This document shows positions 25,943 to 36,286 of a DNA stretch of 64,000 nucleotides, in pieces. The first letter of the stretch is position 1, and each line of letters starts with the position of its first letter. This stretch comes from Acidobacteriota bacterium (GTDB lineage Bacteria; Acidobacteriota; UBA6911; RPQK01; JAJDTT01), in contig OZ242374.1 in NCBI GenBank assembly GCA_965209055.1, positions 2,176,001 through 2,240,000 of the forward strand, given 5' to 3'. The translations under genes and the position numbers were made by a program. Under the pieces are notes generated by a model that did not search any database, was not told the DNA's origin, and saw only the letters and a program-made list of their open reading frames with translations.

Positions 25943-26875
25943 TCAACGCACAAGATGTGCGTGCATGCCAAAGGCCAACCAAGTCGCGGCGACGGCACTG
26001 ACGATCAGGCACAAAGCACCGAGCCGCCGTGTACGTTTGAGTTGCCACCACATGAACAAGCCCGACAAGCCCCAGAACGTCATGGTGACGAACATGGCAT
26101 CGACGGCGACCGCCCAGAACCAACGTGCGTTTCGCTCGGCGGGGTAGCCGCGAGACGTGTGCAGCCTGAGCAGGTAGCTGCGCCAACCCAGCTCTTCCGC
26201 GCCCTTTCCCACGAGAGTCACGCGACCGGATTGAATCCCTTTTCCCGGCCGGGACGTATTCGCCGCCACTGGCCTTCTTCGGCTCGTTGCAAATCGTGCT
26301 CGATGGATCTCTCCATTCTCTTCCAGGTCGAATTCTACGGCGGGGACAGTGCGAAAAGTGATGGCTCCATGCTCCAGGCCAAGTTCCTTCAGAGTTGCCG
26401 ACATGGTCTGGCGCACGTCTTTTCTCAACTCTTCCACCGGAACGGAAACGGTTCGACCCTGCTCCAGAGGCGTCAAACCTTCTTCGTTCGGTTCCTTGTG
26501 TGGATCCTGCCGCTGGCGCACGTAGCCGTCGCCCTGACCCAGGTTCATGACCAGAGTGTAGCGGCTGCCATGGGTCCGGGCCGTGGCGATTGCCGGATGG
26601 GTGAAAGTTGAGTCTTGGGGATTGACGAGTCGGTAGGTGGGCGGTCCATTCGTTTTATCCTCTGCGTTGAGCTCGCCCACGACGAGATCCGCCATGGCCG
26701 CCGCGGCCGGAATGCCGGCGCTTTCAGGGACTCGTGCCTGGAAGCGGTGAATGCTGGTGTCCGGCCCCGGCAGAAGAGTCGAGTGGTTGAACAGCAGCGC
26801 CGTGAAACCATAGAGCAATACCCATGGAAACATCAGCAAGCCGGCGTAGAGATGGATGCGGCGTATCAATTTCAT
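25943..26875 (-). CDS. PepSY-associated TM-helix membrane protein
   Basis: RRIHLYAGL..GFTALLFNH N-terminus; LRLHTSRGY..W..AVD..WGLSGLFMW C-terminus. Confidence 0.85.
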   Translation of the reverse strand: MKLIRRIHLYAGLLMFPWVLLYGFTALLFNHSTLLPGPDTSIHRFQARVPESAGIPAAAAMADLVVGELNAEDKTNGPPTYRLVNPQDSTFTHPAIATARTHGSRYTLVMNLGQGDGYVRQRQDPHKEPNEEGLTPLEQGRTVSVPVEELRKDVRQTMSATLKELGLEHGAITFRTVPAVEFDLEENGEIHRARFATSRRRPVAANTSRPGKGIQSGRVTLVGKGAEELGWRSYLLRLHTSRGYPAERNARWFWAVAVDAMFVTMTFWGLSGLFMWWQLKRTRRLGALCLIVSAVAATWLAFGMHAHLVR

Positions 26876-26985
26876 CGAACTGGCGCTATCCCGAGGAAAT
26901 GGAAATCGGTCTTTCGGAGGTCCACGGCGACCGGTTCCCCTGATCGGTTCAGCATGTCAACGGATTCGAGGCACCGGAGACGAGA

Positions 26986-28662
26986 TCACTTCAGACTGGA
27001 CAGTTCCACCGTCTCGAAGTGAAGGCGCTTGCCGCTCCGCATGCTCGCCCCGCCGACGAGCAGCAGGCGGCTTTCGTAGGGCAGCATGCGGTGGAAAAAC
27101 CGGTCATCCTGGAGCTGGGCCGCGATCTTCCACTCGCCGCCCGCTGTCTCCAACACCTGGACGTTTCCGTTGTACGTGCTGACGATGAGACGGCCGCCCA
27201 GGGTGTAGGCCGAGGCGCCGAAGCCTTCCATGCCCTTGCCGCGTTTGGCGTCGGCGCGCGTATCGATCAAGCTGGGCCCCTGCGACCATTTGCCTTTGGC
27301 GGGGTCAAAGACGTCGACTCGCGTCGTCGGACCGCCCTTGGGTCGCATCCCGCCGATGACGTAGAGCTTGCCGTCCAAGTGCCCCAGAGAAAGGGCGCGC
27401 CGCTTGAAGGGAGGTTGGGGAAGCTGGATCCAGGCAATCTCGTCCTTCGACAGGTCCGCCATCCAAGCCGTCTCGTGCCAATCGGGCTTGTCTCCGCCGA
27501 GTCGCCATCCCCCCACGACATAGAGCCTGTCCTGGATCACGACTGCGTCGTGGGAAGAGCGGGGCTCCGGCAGTTCCGCCAAGGACTCCCATTTCCCCGT
27601 CTCCGGGTCGAAGCGGACGAAATCCGAGATGGATCGCAAGTCATGCTCATCGCCCTCGTCGTTGTGGGCCGTGAATCCGCCCACGCGGTACAGCTTGCCG
27701 CCATGGGCGACCATGGCCAAACCTTGCAGCCGCGGACCCTGGGCGACGACTTCCCAGTCTCCGGGCGTCGTCAGATTCAAGCGGCTAAGCTGATTGGATT
27801 GACTGGTGTTGGAGTAGTGGTGAGCCCGGCCGAAGTGTCCGCCGTAGACGTACATCCAATCGCCGATCACCGCCGCGCCGAAACTCGTGATCCCCCGCGG
27901 CAGGTCGGTGAGCCGGGGACTCGCGGCCGGCCCCGTGCCGGCACTTGCTTGGGAGTCGTCCGAAGTGGACTTTGACGTGTCGAAGGTGACCGCCGAATAG
28001 TGCCTGGCTTCAGCATATCGTTCCTCCTCGAACCAGCCGGCTTCTTTCTCGATCCACCGGGCCCGGATCTCGTAGCGGCCGGGGACCGGCGACTTGAGAC
28101 GCGCCGTCCCCTCGGCATCGGTCGTGAGCTCCACCGGTTCCCCTCCCGGAGACGTCACCATGACTTGTGAGTCGGAAGCGGGCTGTCCCTTCCAGAAAAC
28201 GCCGATCTGAATCTCCCCGTTGGACAGGCTCGGCGAAACATCCAGATCCAGTTTCCGGGACCGTCTCTGGTCGGCCCCCGCGTCCGAACTCAGCGACTTG
28301 GTGTAGTAGTGGAGCAACATGGTCTGGTCGCTGTGGGAGAAGGTGCCGTAGAGGCACTCCGCTTCGATGTTTCCCCGGTCCGAGCTCACGGCGCCGGCAA
28401 GCAATCCGCCGTCTTCTGTCTCGACCTTGCGGAGTTGGAGAGGGGAGTACTCGCCTTCGGGAGTGCGGTGCCAAGCCTGCAGCCGGGTCAGCCGGTCCAG
28501 GAATTCGGCGGAATCCGGCGTGGCGGTCTCGCTGAAATAGAGCCGGGCTTGTGGACCTCCGCTCTCCGTTTTCTCCATCACGGCCCAGATGAAATGGCCG
28601 TACAGAGATCCCGTCATCAGGAACAGTCCCAACAGGGACCCGATCGCGCTTCGAATGTTCAT
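26986..28662 (-). CDS. Secreted DUF4198-like plus Kelch-repeat protein
   Basis: Signal peptide with mature N-terminal His (G-HFIW); Kelch repeats YVYGG, YRVGG, YVVGG, YVIGG. Confidence 0.82.
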   Translation of the reverse strand: MNIRSAIGSLLGLFLMTGSLYGHFIWAVMEKTESGGPQARLYFSETATPDSAEFLDRLTRLQAWHRTPEGEYSPLQLRKVETEDGGLLAGAVSSDRGNIEAECLYGTFSHSDQTMLLHYYTKSLSSDAGADQRRSRKLDLDVSPSLSNGEIQIGVFWKGQPASDSQVMVTSPGGEPVELTTDAEGTARLKSPVPGRYEIRARWIEKEAGWFEEERYAEARHYSAVTFDTSKSTSDDSQASAGTGPAASPRLTDLPRGITSFGAAVIGDWMYVYGGHFGRAHHYSNTSQSNQLSRLNLTTPGDWEVVAQGPRLQGLAMVAHGGKLYRVGGFTAHNDEGDEHDLRSISDFVRFDPETGKWESLAELPEPRSSHDAVVIQDRLYVVGGWRLGGDKPDWHETAWMADLSKDEIAWIQLPQPPFKRRALSLGHLDGKLYVIGGMRPKGGPTTRVDVFDPAKGKWSQGPSLIDTRADAKRGKGMEGFGASAYTLGGRLIVSTYNGNVQVLETAGGEWKIAAQLQDDRFFHRMLPYESRLLLVGGASMRSGKRLHFETVELSSLK

Positions 28663-28771
28663 TTCTCATCTCCTGGTTGCATGGAACGGATCCGGCACGG
28701 CTCGGGCCGCGACCACCGTGGGGTTCGAACGTCCCCACAAGGCAGGGGGCATCCCCGAACGGTTCCGGTTC

Positions 28772-28999
28772 TCACTGAATGAGTTCTTGGGTGTTCCGGC
28801 CGGTGGTGCCCTGGCCGGCAATCTGCTGAGCCGATTCGGCCAGCAATTCCATCATCTTCCAGTATTGATCCGTCGAGAGTCTCAAGGCCGTATTTCCGAC
28901 ACAGATGTGAATGCAGCCGTTGGGGCATTGAGCCACGACCCCGAAATTCTCGCGCCGGGAAAGGACTTGGAATTCATACTTTTGACATTGATCCAACAT
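28772..28999 (-). CDS. Small Cys/His-rich hypothetical protein
   Basis: AAGGAG RBS, CPNGCIHIC motif, in-operon position. Confidence 0.7.
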   Translation of the reverse strand: MLDQCQKYEFQVLSRRENFGVVAQCPNGCIHICVGNTALRLSTDQYWKMMELLAESAQQIAGQGTTGRNTQELIQ

Positions 29000-29030
29000 G
29001 GTCGTCTCTCCTTAGTATTGGGGGCTAAGA

Positions 29031-30251
29031 TCAGGCGATCTTGATCAGCCTTTCGCCGTAGCGGATCAGGAAAGCGGCATCGGCCGCTGCGACGCCGTAC
29101 TGACGGCCGGCCGCCAGCGGAGGATTCTCGGCCAGCTTCTCGAAGCGGCTCGAGGCGCGCAGGACATCGGTTCCCTGTCTCATTGAGAAAAAATAGATCT
29201 GGTCTCCCGCGCCGATGGGGGAGACCCAGTTCTGGCCTTGGAGCCGTTGGGTCCAGAGCTCTTCTCCGGTGGCCAGGCTCAGGCAATAGGCGACACCGGA
29301 CTTGTTGACGAAATAGGCCTGGTCCCGATAGACCAGCGGCGAGCAGAAATAGGTGGTGGCGCTCGCGGCTCTCCACAGGATTGAGGGGCCGGCCTCGTCC
29401 TCTCCCGGGAAGCGAATGGCCAGGTTGTGCCCCCTCTTGCTGGAGCCGACGATGGCGCCGCCGGGGAAAGGAGTCGGGGAGGGGACCCGGTTCCCTTCCA
29501 ATCCGTCCAGGCTCCAGAGCATCTTTCCGTCCCGGCTGCGAAAGGCGTCGAGCCGGTCGCCGCTTCCGGCCAGAATGATCTCTTGGTTCCGGTGCCGGCA
29601 GACGGCCGGCGTGCTCCAGGCGATGCCTTGGGGCCGCTCCGTTCTCCAGAGGTTCTCCCCGGTTTTCTTGTCCGCCGACAACAGGAAGCTGGGACCGCTG
29701 TGGGCCGCCAGCGCCACGACACCGTTCTCCGTGAGCCGCAAGGAGCTGCCGATGCCGTGACGCCCCTGGAACTCGCCGTACTCCTCGACCAGGCTTCGTT
29801 GCCAGCGAATCTCTCCCGCATGGCTGAGCGCCAGGAACTCCCCGGTCTCGAAGAAGACGTAGACGGAATCGGCGTCCGCGGCGGGCGTCGGGGCGGCCTT
29901 GCTGACCATGTTGCTGACCTTGATCCGCTGGGTCGGCGAGACGTTCCTCCGCCAGAGGAGTTCTCCCGTCTCCAGACTCAGCGACAGGATCGAAAGAGTC
30001 TCCTTGTAGGGACCCTCCAATGCCGTCAGAAACACCTGAGAGCCATGGAGCACCGGACTCGACTGGCCGTATCCGGGAAGTTGAGTGTCCCACGCCAGGT
30101 TCTTCCCGGGGGACCACTCGAGCGGATAGCCGTTTCCCGAGGCCTGGCTCGTCCCCTCCCCGCGAAACCCCGTCCACCGGGCGGCTTGGGAGGGAACGGC
30201 AAGGCAGGCCGCAAGAAATCTCCGGCGTGAGTGGTGCGGCATTCGTTTCAT
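29031..30251 (-). CDS. PQQ-binding-like (BamB-type) beta-propeller protein with Tat-like signal
   Basis: SRRRFL, WTGFRG, PGYGQSSPV and repeated TGE.LW motifs. Confidence 0.88.
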   Translation of the reverse strand: MKRMPHHSRRRFLAACLAVPSQAARWTGFRGEGTSQASGNGYPLEWSPGKNLAWDTQLPGYGQSSPVLHGSQVFLTALEGPYKETLSILSLSLETGELLWRRNVSPTQRIKVSNMVSKAAPTPAADADSVYVFFETGEFLALSHAGEIRWQRSLVEEYGEFQGRHGIGSSLRLTENGVVALAAHSGPSFLLSADKKTGENLWRTERPQGIAWSTPAVCRHRNQEIILAGSGDRLDAFRSRDGKMLWSLDGLEGNRVPSPTPFPGGAIVGSSKRGHNLAIRFPGEDEAGPSILWRAASATTYFCSPLVYRDQAYFVNKSGVAYCLSLATGEELWTQRLQGQNWVSPIGAGDQIYFFSMRQGTDVLRASSRFEKLAENPPLAAGRQYGVAAADAAFLIRYGERLIKIA

Positions 30252-30296
30252 ACGGCGCTTCCTCTTTCTGGATCTACGACTCGTTTGAGGAGGGGG

Positions 30297-32564
30297 TCAT
30301 TCACGGTTGAAGCTCCAGCGCAGGCCGACCCGGACCAATCGCCCCGGGTCCGCACGCAAGAACGAGGGGCTGTTGAGGTCCACGGCGGGGTCCTGGCTGT
30401 CCAGCAGGTTGTCCACGACGAAGTACATCTCCACACCCCGGGCGATCGGTTTTGCCACGTACCAGTCCCAGATCTGGTGGGCGTCGCCGATCAGCAAACC
30501 TCCCCGGCCCGAAACCGGCCATTTGCTGAAGTAGGTGCCCCGCAGGTTCGTTCGCCACCCGCCGAACCGGGTCGAGCTGTAGAAGATGCGGAAGTTTCCA
30601 TGGTGGCGGTGCCGTCCGCTGAGGAATGCATTGGTCGCCTTGTCCCGGGCGTCCAGGTAGGCGTGCCCGACCGAGATCAGCAGGTTGCGGGCCAGCCTCA
30701 GCTCCAGTTTGCTCTCGATGCCCGAGGTATAGACGTTGTCCACGTTCCGGTAGAGGTAGAAGGCACGGAAGAGGGCGGGACTGAACTCGGTCGCGATGTT
30801 GTAGGTTCGGAGCAGGCCCTGCATTTCTCCGGGATTGGTGGGAAAGCCGATGTACTCTGCCTGAATCAGTTCTTGAATGTCGTTGCGGAAAAAGTTGGTG
30901 GCGAAACGAAACTTGTTCGTGTCGTAGTCGAAACCGGCCTGGTATGTGGTCGACCGCTCCGGTTGCAGGTGCGTGTTTCCGATCACCTGGTAGTGGTGCG
31001 TCGGGTTCTGGAACCGGAAGAAGAGTTGTCCCAGGTCGGGCGCGCGAAAACCCCGGCCCACGGTTCCTCGAAGCCGGAAGTTCCCGGCGACCCGGAACAG
31101 GCCGCTGGCGCGCGGCACGAAATGGCTCCCATAGAGGTTGTGGCGATTGAAACGGCTGCCCAAGGTCAGAACGAACCGTTCGTGGACGGAGACGCGATCA
31201 TTGATCCAGAGATCGACCATGTTGATCCCCTGGCCGCTGTTGTCGCCCAAGACCCGGTTGAATCCCCGGTATTCGTCCTGTGTCCACTCTACCCCGCCCT
31301 GCAGCAACTGTCGCGCTCCGAGGACGTGGGAAATGGAACTGTCGAAGCGGTAGAGGCGCTGATTGAGATTGGCCACCGAATTGACGGGGCCCGGTTCGGG
31401 CAGGATGTCCAGAGCCGAGCTCTCGTCGTATTTTCCGTAGAAACCCCGGAGGTTCCAATTGGTCAGGGGAGTCAGGCCGATGTCCGCCGAAAGGGCGTAA
31501 TGTTGGGCGGTGTCGTCGGTAATGCTGTCGGTGGGGCCGGATGAACTGTAATAGCCTCCCTTGTCCTGGTTGACGAAGGCGTGGGCCATGGCCCTGAGCT
31601 TGAAGCGGTCCGAGAATTCGTAGCCGAGCTTCCCCAAATAATCGTAGCGATGAAAGCCGGGTGCGGTGGTTCCGTACCGGGCGGGAACCAGGCTGAAGGG
31701 ATTCTGCTTGTGGCGTTCGGCCTCGAAGAAACCGCTCCACTTGTCCTTTACGAAACCCACGTCGGCCCGCGTGTCGAAACGGTTCAGAGAGCCTCCGCTG
31801 GTGGTGACGCTGGCTTCCAGGGGATACCGGGGTTCGCGGGTGATCATGTTGATGACGCCGCCGATGGCGTCGGACCCGTAGACGGCCGAGGAGGCGCCCT
31901 TGACGATCTCGATCCGCTCCAGGCGGCCGACCGACTGCCGGTCCATGTTGAGAATGCCCCGCTTGATTCCCTTGGCGCCGACCACGGGGAGACCGTCGAC
32001 GAGGATCAGGCTCTGGCGTGAATCGATTCCCTGGATCTGGGTCTCGGAACGGCTGGCGGAGGAGCCGCTCCGGGTGACGATTCCGGGTTCCTCCGCCAGG
32101 ACGTCCCGCACCGTTTCGTATCCCGAGTCGTGCAGCATCCTCTTGGGAATGACATCCACCTTGGTGGTGGAGTTCTCGATCAACTCCTGTTCCCGGGAGC
32201 CGGAGACGACGACGACCTGAGTGTCCAGAGCGGCCGGCGCGAGTTGGAGGCGCAGGTCGGCCGGTCCGCTCTCCTCCAGATCCAGGTCCTGGGTCGCGCT
32301 GTCGAAGCCGGACATGGCCGCCGTGATCTGGAAACGGCCCCTCTCAGCCAGGAACTGGAATCGGCCCTCATTGCCGGTGACCTGGTGAATCTCGAGTCCC
32401 GAGTCCAGGTCCCGGAGAAAGACGTCGGCTCCCACCAGGACCCGGCCGGAGGAGTCGAATACCGTTCCTTCCACTGGAACCCTGCCATCCTGGGCCGCCA
32501 GGGGTCCCAGAGAGGAAATGATCAGGAAGATGAATCCGATCGCGATTCGAGCTGTCGTGCTCAT
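30297..32564 (-). CDS. TonB-dependent outer-membrane receptor (CirA/heme-siderophore-like)
   Basis: Signal peptide, carboxypeptidase-regulatory-like N-domain, plug ERIEIVKGASSAVYGSDAIGGVIN, FRAP..GNTHLQPE motifs, GR..GLRWSF C-terminus. Confidence 0.95.
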   Translation of the reverse strand: MSTTARIAIGFIFLIISSLGPLAAQDGRVPVEGTVFDSSGRVLVGADVFLRDLDSGLEIHQVTGNEGRFQFLAERGRFQITAAMSGFDSATQDLDLEESGPADLRLQLAPAALDTQVVVVSGSREQELIENSTTKVDVIPKRMLHDSGYETVRDVLAEEPGIVTRSGSSASRSETQIQGIDSRQSLILVDGLPVVGAKGIKRGILNMDRQSVGRLERIEIVKGASSAVYGSDAIGGVINMITREPRYPLEASVTTSGGSLNRFDTRADVGFVKDKWSGFFEAERHKQNPFSLVPARYGTTAPGFHRYDYLGKLGYEFSDRFKLRAMAHAFVNQDKGGYYSSSGPTDSITDDTAQHYALSADIGLTPLTNWNLRGFYGKYDESSALDILPEPGPVNSVANLNQRLYRFDSSISHVLGARQLLQGGVEWTQDEYRGFNRVLGDNSGQGINMVDLWINDRVSVHERFVLTLGSRFNRHNLYGSHFVPRASGLFRVAGNFRLRGTVGRGFRAPDLGQLFFRFQNPTHHYQVIGNTHLQPERSTTYQAGFDYDTNKFRFATNFFRNDIQELIQAEYIGFPTNPGEMQGLLRTYNIATEFSPALFRAFYLYRNVDNVYTSGIESKLELRLARNLLISVGHAYLDARDKATNAFLSGRHRHHGNFRIFYSSTRFGGWRTNLRGTYFSKWPVSGRGGLLIGDAHQIWDWYVAKPIARGVEMYFVVDNLLDSQDPAVDLNSPSFLRADPGRLVRVGLRWSFNRE

Positions 32565-32883
32565 GGTGCTCTCCTTCATTAACCGTGCCGGTTTTCAGTT
32601 TGTCGCCGGGGGGCTACCCGGCGACGGAGAGCCGCAAGCGTGATCGAGCGGGCCGTTTGGCGTCGTGGGACTCTACGGTTAGTGGTAGAATCAAAGGGTC
32701 AAACAGTCGCCCGAGTCTCTCTCGCGGCTGTATGGCGAGCAGGAGTCCGGGTCGTCGGGGAGCGGAAACTCACGTGCGACCCGGCTCTTGCGTCAAGCCC
32801 TTCACATTTTTCTCTGTGCTGCCTCCTTCGTTCTTTCCTGGACTCCAGCCGAATCCTGGAGCCGCCGAAAAATAGTACCGAAG

Positions 32884-32900
32884 TTGAAATTCATTTTCAA
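32884..32900. promoter_or_regulatory. Fur-box-like palindrome
   Basis: TTGAAATTCATTTTCAA, an AT-rich inverted repeat upstream of the TonB receptor operon. Confidence 0.65.
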
Positions 32901-33061
32901 TAAGAAATTTTCCGGCGGCTTTTTGATCTCTGGATTCAGCCGAATATCGCCTTGCCCGGGACCGGCTTCGATTGATCCGGTACCCCCCGAGGGGTAACAT
33001 GAACCTCAGCAGTTCGTGGTGGAAGTCCTGCCGCGCCAAACGCGAAACCGGAGGTGGGCCC

Positions 33062-34165
33062 ATGGCGGAACAGACCAGATCCAAGATACGTATCCGGCCC
33101 AGGATTTTGATCCTCTTCCTGCTTTTGGGGATCCCACCCTTGATCATCGGACATGTGGTGCTGATCAACGGCGCACGCACCACCTACACCGAGGTGGTGG
33201 CCAACCACTTCAGCGAGTCGGCCGACAGCGCCCAGACCCAGCTCATGAACTACCTGGAGCGGATCAGCAACGAGGTGGGCAACCTGACCCGCGTGTCCGA
33301 GATCCTGGAGGCCGTGTCCGCTTCCAACCGGAACCGGTTGGAAGGGACCGAACTCGACAGCCAAGTGGAGACAAGGGAAGGGGATTGGCTGACCCAGGAT
33401 CCGGAAAACTCCCGGTTGCAGTCCGGGATCCTGAACAACGAGGCGTCCCGATTCGTCCGCAAGTTCAACAGCATCACCGCCGATTTCCGGGAGATTCTGG
33501 TGACCGATGCCCTGGGGCGCCTGGTCGCCGCCAGCAACAAGACCAGCGACTATTTTCAGGGAGACGAGCGGTGGTGGCAGCGCGCCTATCAGGAGGGGCA
33601 GGGAAACCCCTTCCACGGAGACATCCAGTTCGACGAGAGCGCCAACGTCTACGGTATGGAGATCGCCTACCCGGTTCGGGATCCCGCCTCGAACGAGGTC
33701 ATCGGTGTGATCAAGGCGATCGCTGACGCCCACGAGATCTCGGCGCTGGTGGGTGCGACCCGGTTGGGGCCGAACACCGAGGCGGTGATCATCGCAGCCG
33801 ACGGCACAGGGATTCTGGGCCCGGAACGGACGGTGCGCTACCGGTTCCCGGAGGCCGTCTCTCTGGATCAACCGGGCCGGCGCTACGTCGAAGCGACCGA
33901 AATTCGGGCTTTGCCGGCGGAGGAACGCCAGGTCTTTTTGGGATTGCCGCAGTTTCGGATCCGGGACCGGATGGCGGAGTTGGACTGGATCCTGGTGGTG
34001 CAGGAGCCTTACGAAGAGGTCTATTCCCCCTTTCGGAACCTGAACAGTTGGTTCATTTATTTCGCCGTGTTCGGCGTCGCGTTGGTGCTGGTGCTGGCGT
34101 TGATCTTTTCCCGAATCCTCTCCGGTCCCGTGATCGAGGCCGACCCCCATCTGGAGCGAATCTGA
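33062..34165 (+). CDS. Membrane-anchored Cache-domain protein with no cytoplasmic output domain
   Basis: TM1, dCache motifs (EILVTDALGRLVAAS..DYFQGDERWW, IAYPV..IGVIK), TM2, then a stop after about 16 residues. Confidence 0.8.
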   Translation: MAEQTRSKIRIRPRILILFLLLGIPPLIIGHVVLINGARTTYTEVVANHFSESADSAQTQLMNYLERISNEVGNLTRVSEILEAVSASNRNRLEGTELDSQVETREGDWLTQDPENSRLQSGILNNEASRFVRKFNSITADFREILVTDALGRLVAASNKTSDYFQGDERWWQRAYQEGQGNPFHGDIQFDESANVYGMEIAYPVRDPASNEVIGVIKAIADAHEISALVGATRLGPNTEAVIIAADGTGILGPERTVRYRFPEAVSLDQPGRRYVEATEIRALPAEERQVFLGLPQFRIRDRMAELDWILVVQEPYEEVYSPFRNLNSWFIYFAVFGVALVLVLALIFSRILSGPVIEADPHLERI

Positions 34166-34199
34166 CCACGGCCGATCTCCGCTCGAATTCGATTGAAGG

Positions 34200-35156
34200 A
34201 TGATTCGTACCGTCCTCGGAGAGATACCGGAAGACAAACTCGGACCCGCGCTGGCCCACGAGCATCTCTACTGCAACATCGCCCGCCACTCCGGCAACCT
34301 CGACAACGCCATGATTGACTGGGAGTTGATCGTCCGCGAACTGGGTTCGTTCAAGGCAGCCGGCGGACGGGGCATTCTGGAGGTGACCCCGGTGGACCTG
34401 GACGGAGACGCCGAGGCCCTGCGCCGGATCAGCGAAGCGTCCGGCGTCCACATCGTTCGCGGCATCGCCTTCTACCAGGAGGACAGTTATCCCCGGTGGC
34501 TGCACACGGCCACCGTCGATGTGATCGAGGACTTCTTCGTTCGGGAGATCGAGGAGGGCGGGGCGGGCATTCCGGCCGGCTTCATCGGCGAGATCGGAAG
34601 CCACAACCGGCCCGAACCTGATTTCCTCGGATACCGTCTGACGGAAGGAGAGACGCGGGTGTTTCAGGCGGCCGCCGGTGCCCAGAAAAGGACCGGCGCC
34701 CTCATCTCCACCCACGCCGCCCTGGGACGGGCGGGCCATGCCCAGTTGAACGTCCTGGAGGCTGCGGGAGCCGACCTGTCCCGCGTGGTCATCGGACATT
34801 GTGACGCCCACTACCACGACGACGAGGAAAAGGACCTGGAATACTATCTGCCCATTCTGGACCGGGGCGCTTACGTGGAATTCGATCTCATCGGCTGGGT
34901 CGATGAGTGGCCCGGCTGTCCGACCGATGAGATCCGGGCTCTCCGCCTGGCCTCGCTGGTCCGTTTGGGTTACCAGGACCAAATTCTGGTGGCCACGGAT
35001 ACCTGCCGTCTCTCCCAACTGCGGGCGAACGGTGGCAGGGGATACGATTATTTCTGGAGCGAATTTCTGCCGCGACTGCGGCGGGAGGGAGTCGGACAGG
35101 ACGCCGTGGACGCCATCCTGATCCGTAATCCCGGCCGGGCGGCGAACATTTCCTGA
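34200..35156 (+). CDS. Phosphotriesterase-family amidohydrolase
   Basis: IRTVLG, AHEHL, IGEIG, STH, IGHCD, ATD and NP motifs. Confidence 0.9.
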   Translation: MIRTVLGEIPEDKLGPALAHEHLYCNIARHSGNLDNAMIDWELIVRELGSFKAAGGRGILEVTPVDLDGDAEALRRISEASGVHIVRGIAFYQEDSYPRWLHTATVDVIEDFFVREIEEGGAGIPAGFIGEIGSHNRPEPDFLGYRLTEGETRVFQAAAGAQKRTGALISTHAALGRAGHAQLNVLEAAGADLSRVVIGHCDAHYHDDEEKDLEYYLPILDRGAYVEFDLIGWVDEWPGCPTDEIRALRLASLVRLGYQDQILVATDTCRLSQLRANGGRGYDYFWSEFLPRLRREGVGQDAVDAILIRNPGRAANIS

Positions 35157-35212
35157 GTTGACGATTGAAGGTCCGTGACGATTTGATCCGCTGACTAACA
35201 AGGGGGAATCGG

Positions 35213-36286
35213 ATGAAGAGAAGGAAGTTTTTTCGAAATGCCGGCAGCGCTCTGGGAGGAGTCGCGGCCTATGGGCTGACCTCGTCCGCCGGGGAAGCCC
35301 GGCCGGCGGCGGGGCCCCCGGCGGAAATGGACCGGTACCGGTTCAAGCTGGGGATGTACCTGCCCGAGCTTCAACTCCCCTTCGACGAGGCGTTGGCCAC
35401 AGCCAAGGAGATCGGCGTGGAGTCGGTCTGGTTCAACCGGCTCAAGGATGAGGTCGATGTCGCCCGGATGAGTGACGCCGAGGCGGACCGCATGGCGGAA
35501 CGGGTGCAGCGCCAAGGGCTGGAGATCTTCCTGCTGAGTGCCGGCTCCAGCTTCAAGCACATTCACCTGACCGACCTGAAGAAGGACAAGCTCACCGAGC
35601 ACGAAGGGTTCCGAACCCACTTGGCGGAGCTGGAGCGGTGCATGGAGATCGCCTCCCGGATCGGCGTCGGCGCCGTGGGGTCCTTCACCTTCGCCTGGCC
35701 CGGAGAGTACAAGGCGGGCAAGCCGACCTGGCCCATGCGCTGGCTGACCCGGGGCGGGTACATCGCCAGGGTCGACATGGAGAAGCTGGTGGAGGCCTTC
35801 ACGCTGGTGGCGGATGCGGCCGAGAAGCACGGGGTGGATGTGGCGCTCTCCATGATGCCCTGGAACTACACCAACACCACCGGCAACTTCCGGCGGGTGG
35901 TGGAGGCCGTGGGCTCCTCCCGGTTGAAGGTCATGTGGGGGCCGGCCGACAACTTCAATTCGGGCGAATGGGACGTGGCCACGGCCGGATTCAACAACAT
36001 TCGCCCCTACCTGCACGGCCTGCACCTGAAGGACCTTCACGTCATGGACGGCCTGAACCTGAAGTTCGAGTATCGAGCCTTGGGCGACGGCGACGTGGAC
36101 TACCCGGAGATCCTCCGCCGGTTGCAGGACCATCGTTCGGATGCGGTCCTGTCGCTGGCGACCCACTTCATTCCACCGGGCGGAACCCGGATCGATGCCA
36201 TGAAGATCAACTACCAGAGGCTCAGCGGGATGATCCGGAAGGTCCAGGCTGAAAACATTTCCAACCAAGAGGGAGGGAAGGCATGA
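35213..36286 (+). CDS. Tat-exported sugar-phosphate isomerase/epimerase (AP endonuclease 2 TIM barrel)
   Basis: KRRKFF signal; LHLKD and GDGDVDY motifs. Confidence 0.82.
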   Translation: MKRRKFFRNAGSALGGVAAYGLTSSAGEARPAAGPPAEMDRYRFKLGMYLPELQLPFDEALATAKEIGVESVWFNRLKDEVDVARMSDAEADRMAERVQRQGLEIFLLSAGSSFKHIHLTDLKKDKLTEHEGFRTHLAELERCMEIASRIGVGAVGSFTFAWPGEYKAGKPTWPMRWLTRGGYIARVDMEKLVEAFTLVADAAEKHGVDVALSMMPWNYTNTTGNFRRVVEAVGSSRLKVMWGPADNFNSGEWDVATAGFNNIRPYLHGLHLKDLHVMDGLNLKFEYRALGDGDVDYPEILRRLQDHRSDAVLSLATHFIPPGGTRIDAMKINYQRLSGMIRKVQAENISNQEGGKA

